Shown piece after piece: positions 63,937 through 64,000 of a stretch of DNA of 64,000 nt. Positions within the stretch are counted from its first letter, which is position 1. Each line of letters begins with the position of its first letter. The notes below the pieces were generated by a model. It saw nothing but the letters and a program-made list of their open reading frames with translations, searched no databases and had not been told where the DNA came from. Made by a program: the position numbers and the translations under genes. This stretch comes from Bacteroidia bacterium (GTDB lineage Bacteria; Bacteroidota; Bacteroidia; UBA4408), in assembly GCA_020845635.1 (NCBI GenBank), contig JADLFI010000026.1, forward strand, positions 3,329-67,328, written 5' to 3'.

Positions 63937-64000
63937 TGCGCGTGTATGAAGCTCTACATCCTGTAAGCGAACAAAGTCAATATCAAATCCTTTTAAAAGT

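Overview
This 64 kb window is a low-GC chromosomal segment that looks like a Bacteroidota genome. Three lines of evidence support that: several secreted proteins end in the ~80-aa Por/T9SS C-terminal sorting domain, the primary sigma factor is the short 287-aa sigma-A type, and many proteins carry lipoprotein or signal-peptide N-termini. No rRNA, tRNA, CRISPR array, transposase or integrase was seen by eye.

Gene content is mostly core metabolism and envelope functions:
- a partial galE (1..617) and an Rrf2-family regulator
- two divergently transcribed T9SS peptidases, an M1 aminopeptidase and a large metzincin
- a Reg_prop/Y_Y_Y-TM-SpoIIE sensor phosphatase, and a TPR-TM-SpoIIE paralogue 50 kb away
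- rdgB, followed by a 908-aa protein that contains two complete Ddl-like ATP-grasp modules in tandem
- a PASTA protein and a T9SS cargo protein
- pnuC with a kinase-only nadR, and ahpC
- an ABCG-like fused ABC transporter with an unusual N-terminal extension
- a SMUG-like (DUF4918/SMUG2-type) uracil-DNA glycosylase tightly coupled to an unknown 328-aa protein
- ltaE
- a ~9 kb surface-polysaccharide locus (GT2, O-antigen-ligase-like, Wzx flippase, Wzy-like protein, GT4, NeuD-type acetyltransferase, WecB)
- gmhB, a rhomboid protease and a PD40 propeller protein
- rpoD, an ABC-F ATPase, a GH2-like hydrolase, cutC
- a fatty-acid beta-oxidation block (fadD-like, desaturase, fadB/J-like, thiolase)
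- groES-groEL

The most unusual items are:
- the fused double-Ddl protein at the conserved ddl–PASTA locus
- a 123-bp near-perfect tandem DNA repeat inside the propeller sensor gene
- the SMUG2-like glycosylase operon with an unrecognised partner
- a degenerate 3'-end duplication downstream of a secreted protein gene

Nothing here reads as a clear-cut defence island or mobile element. All calls rest on motif reading of the supplied translations, not on database searches.
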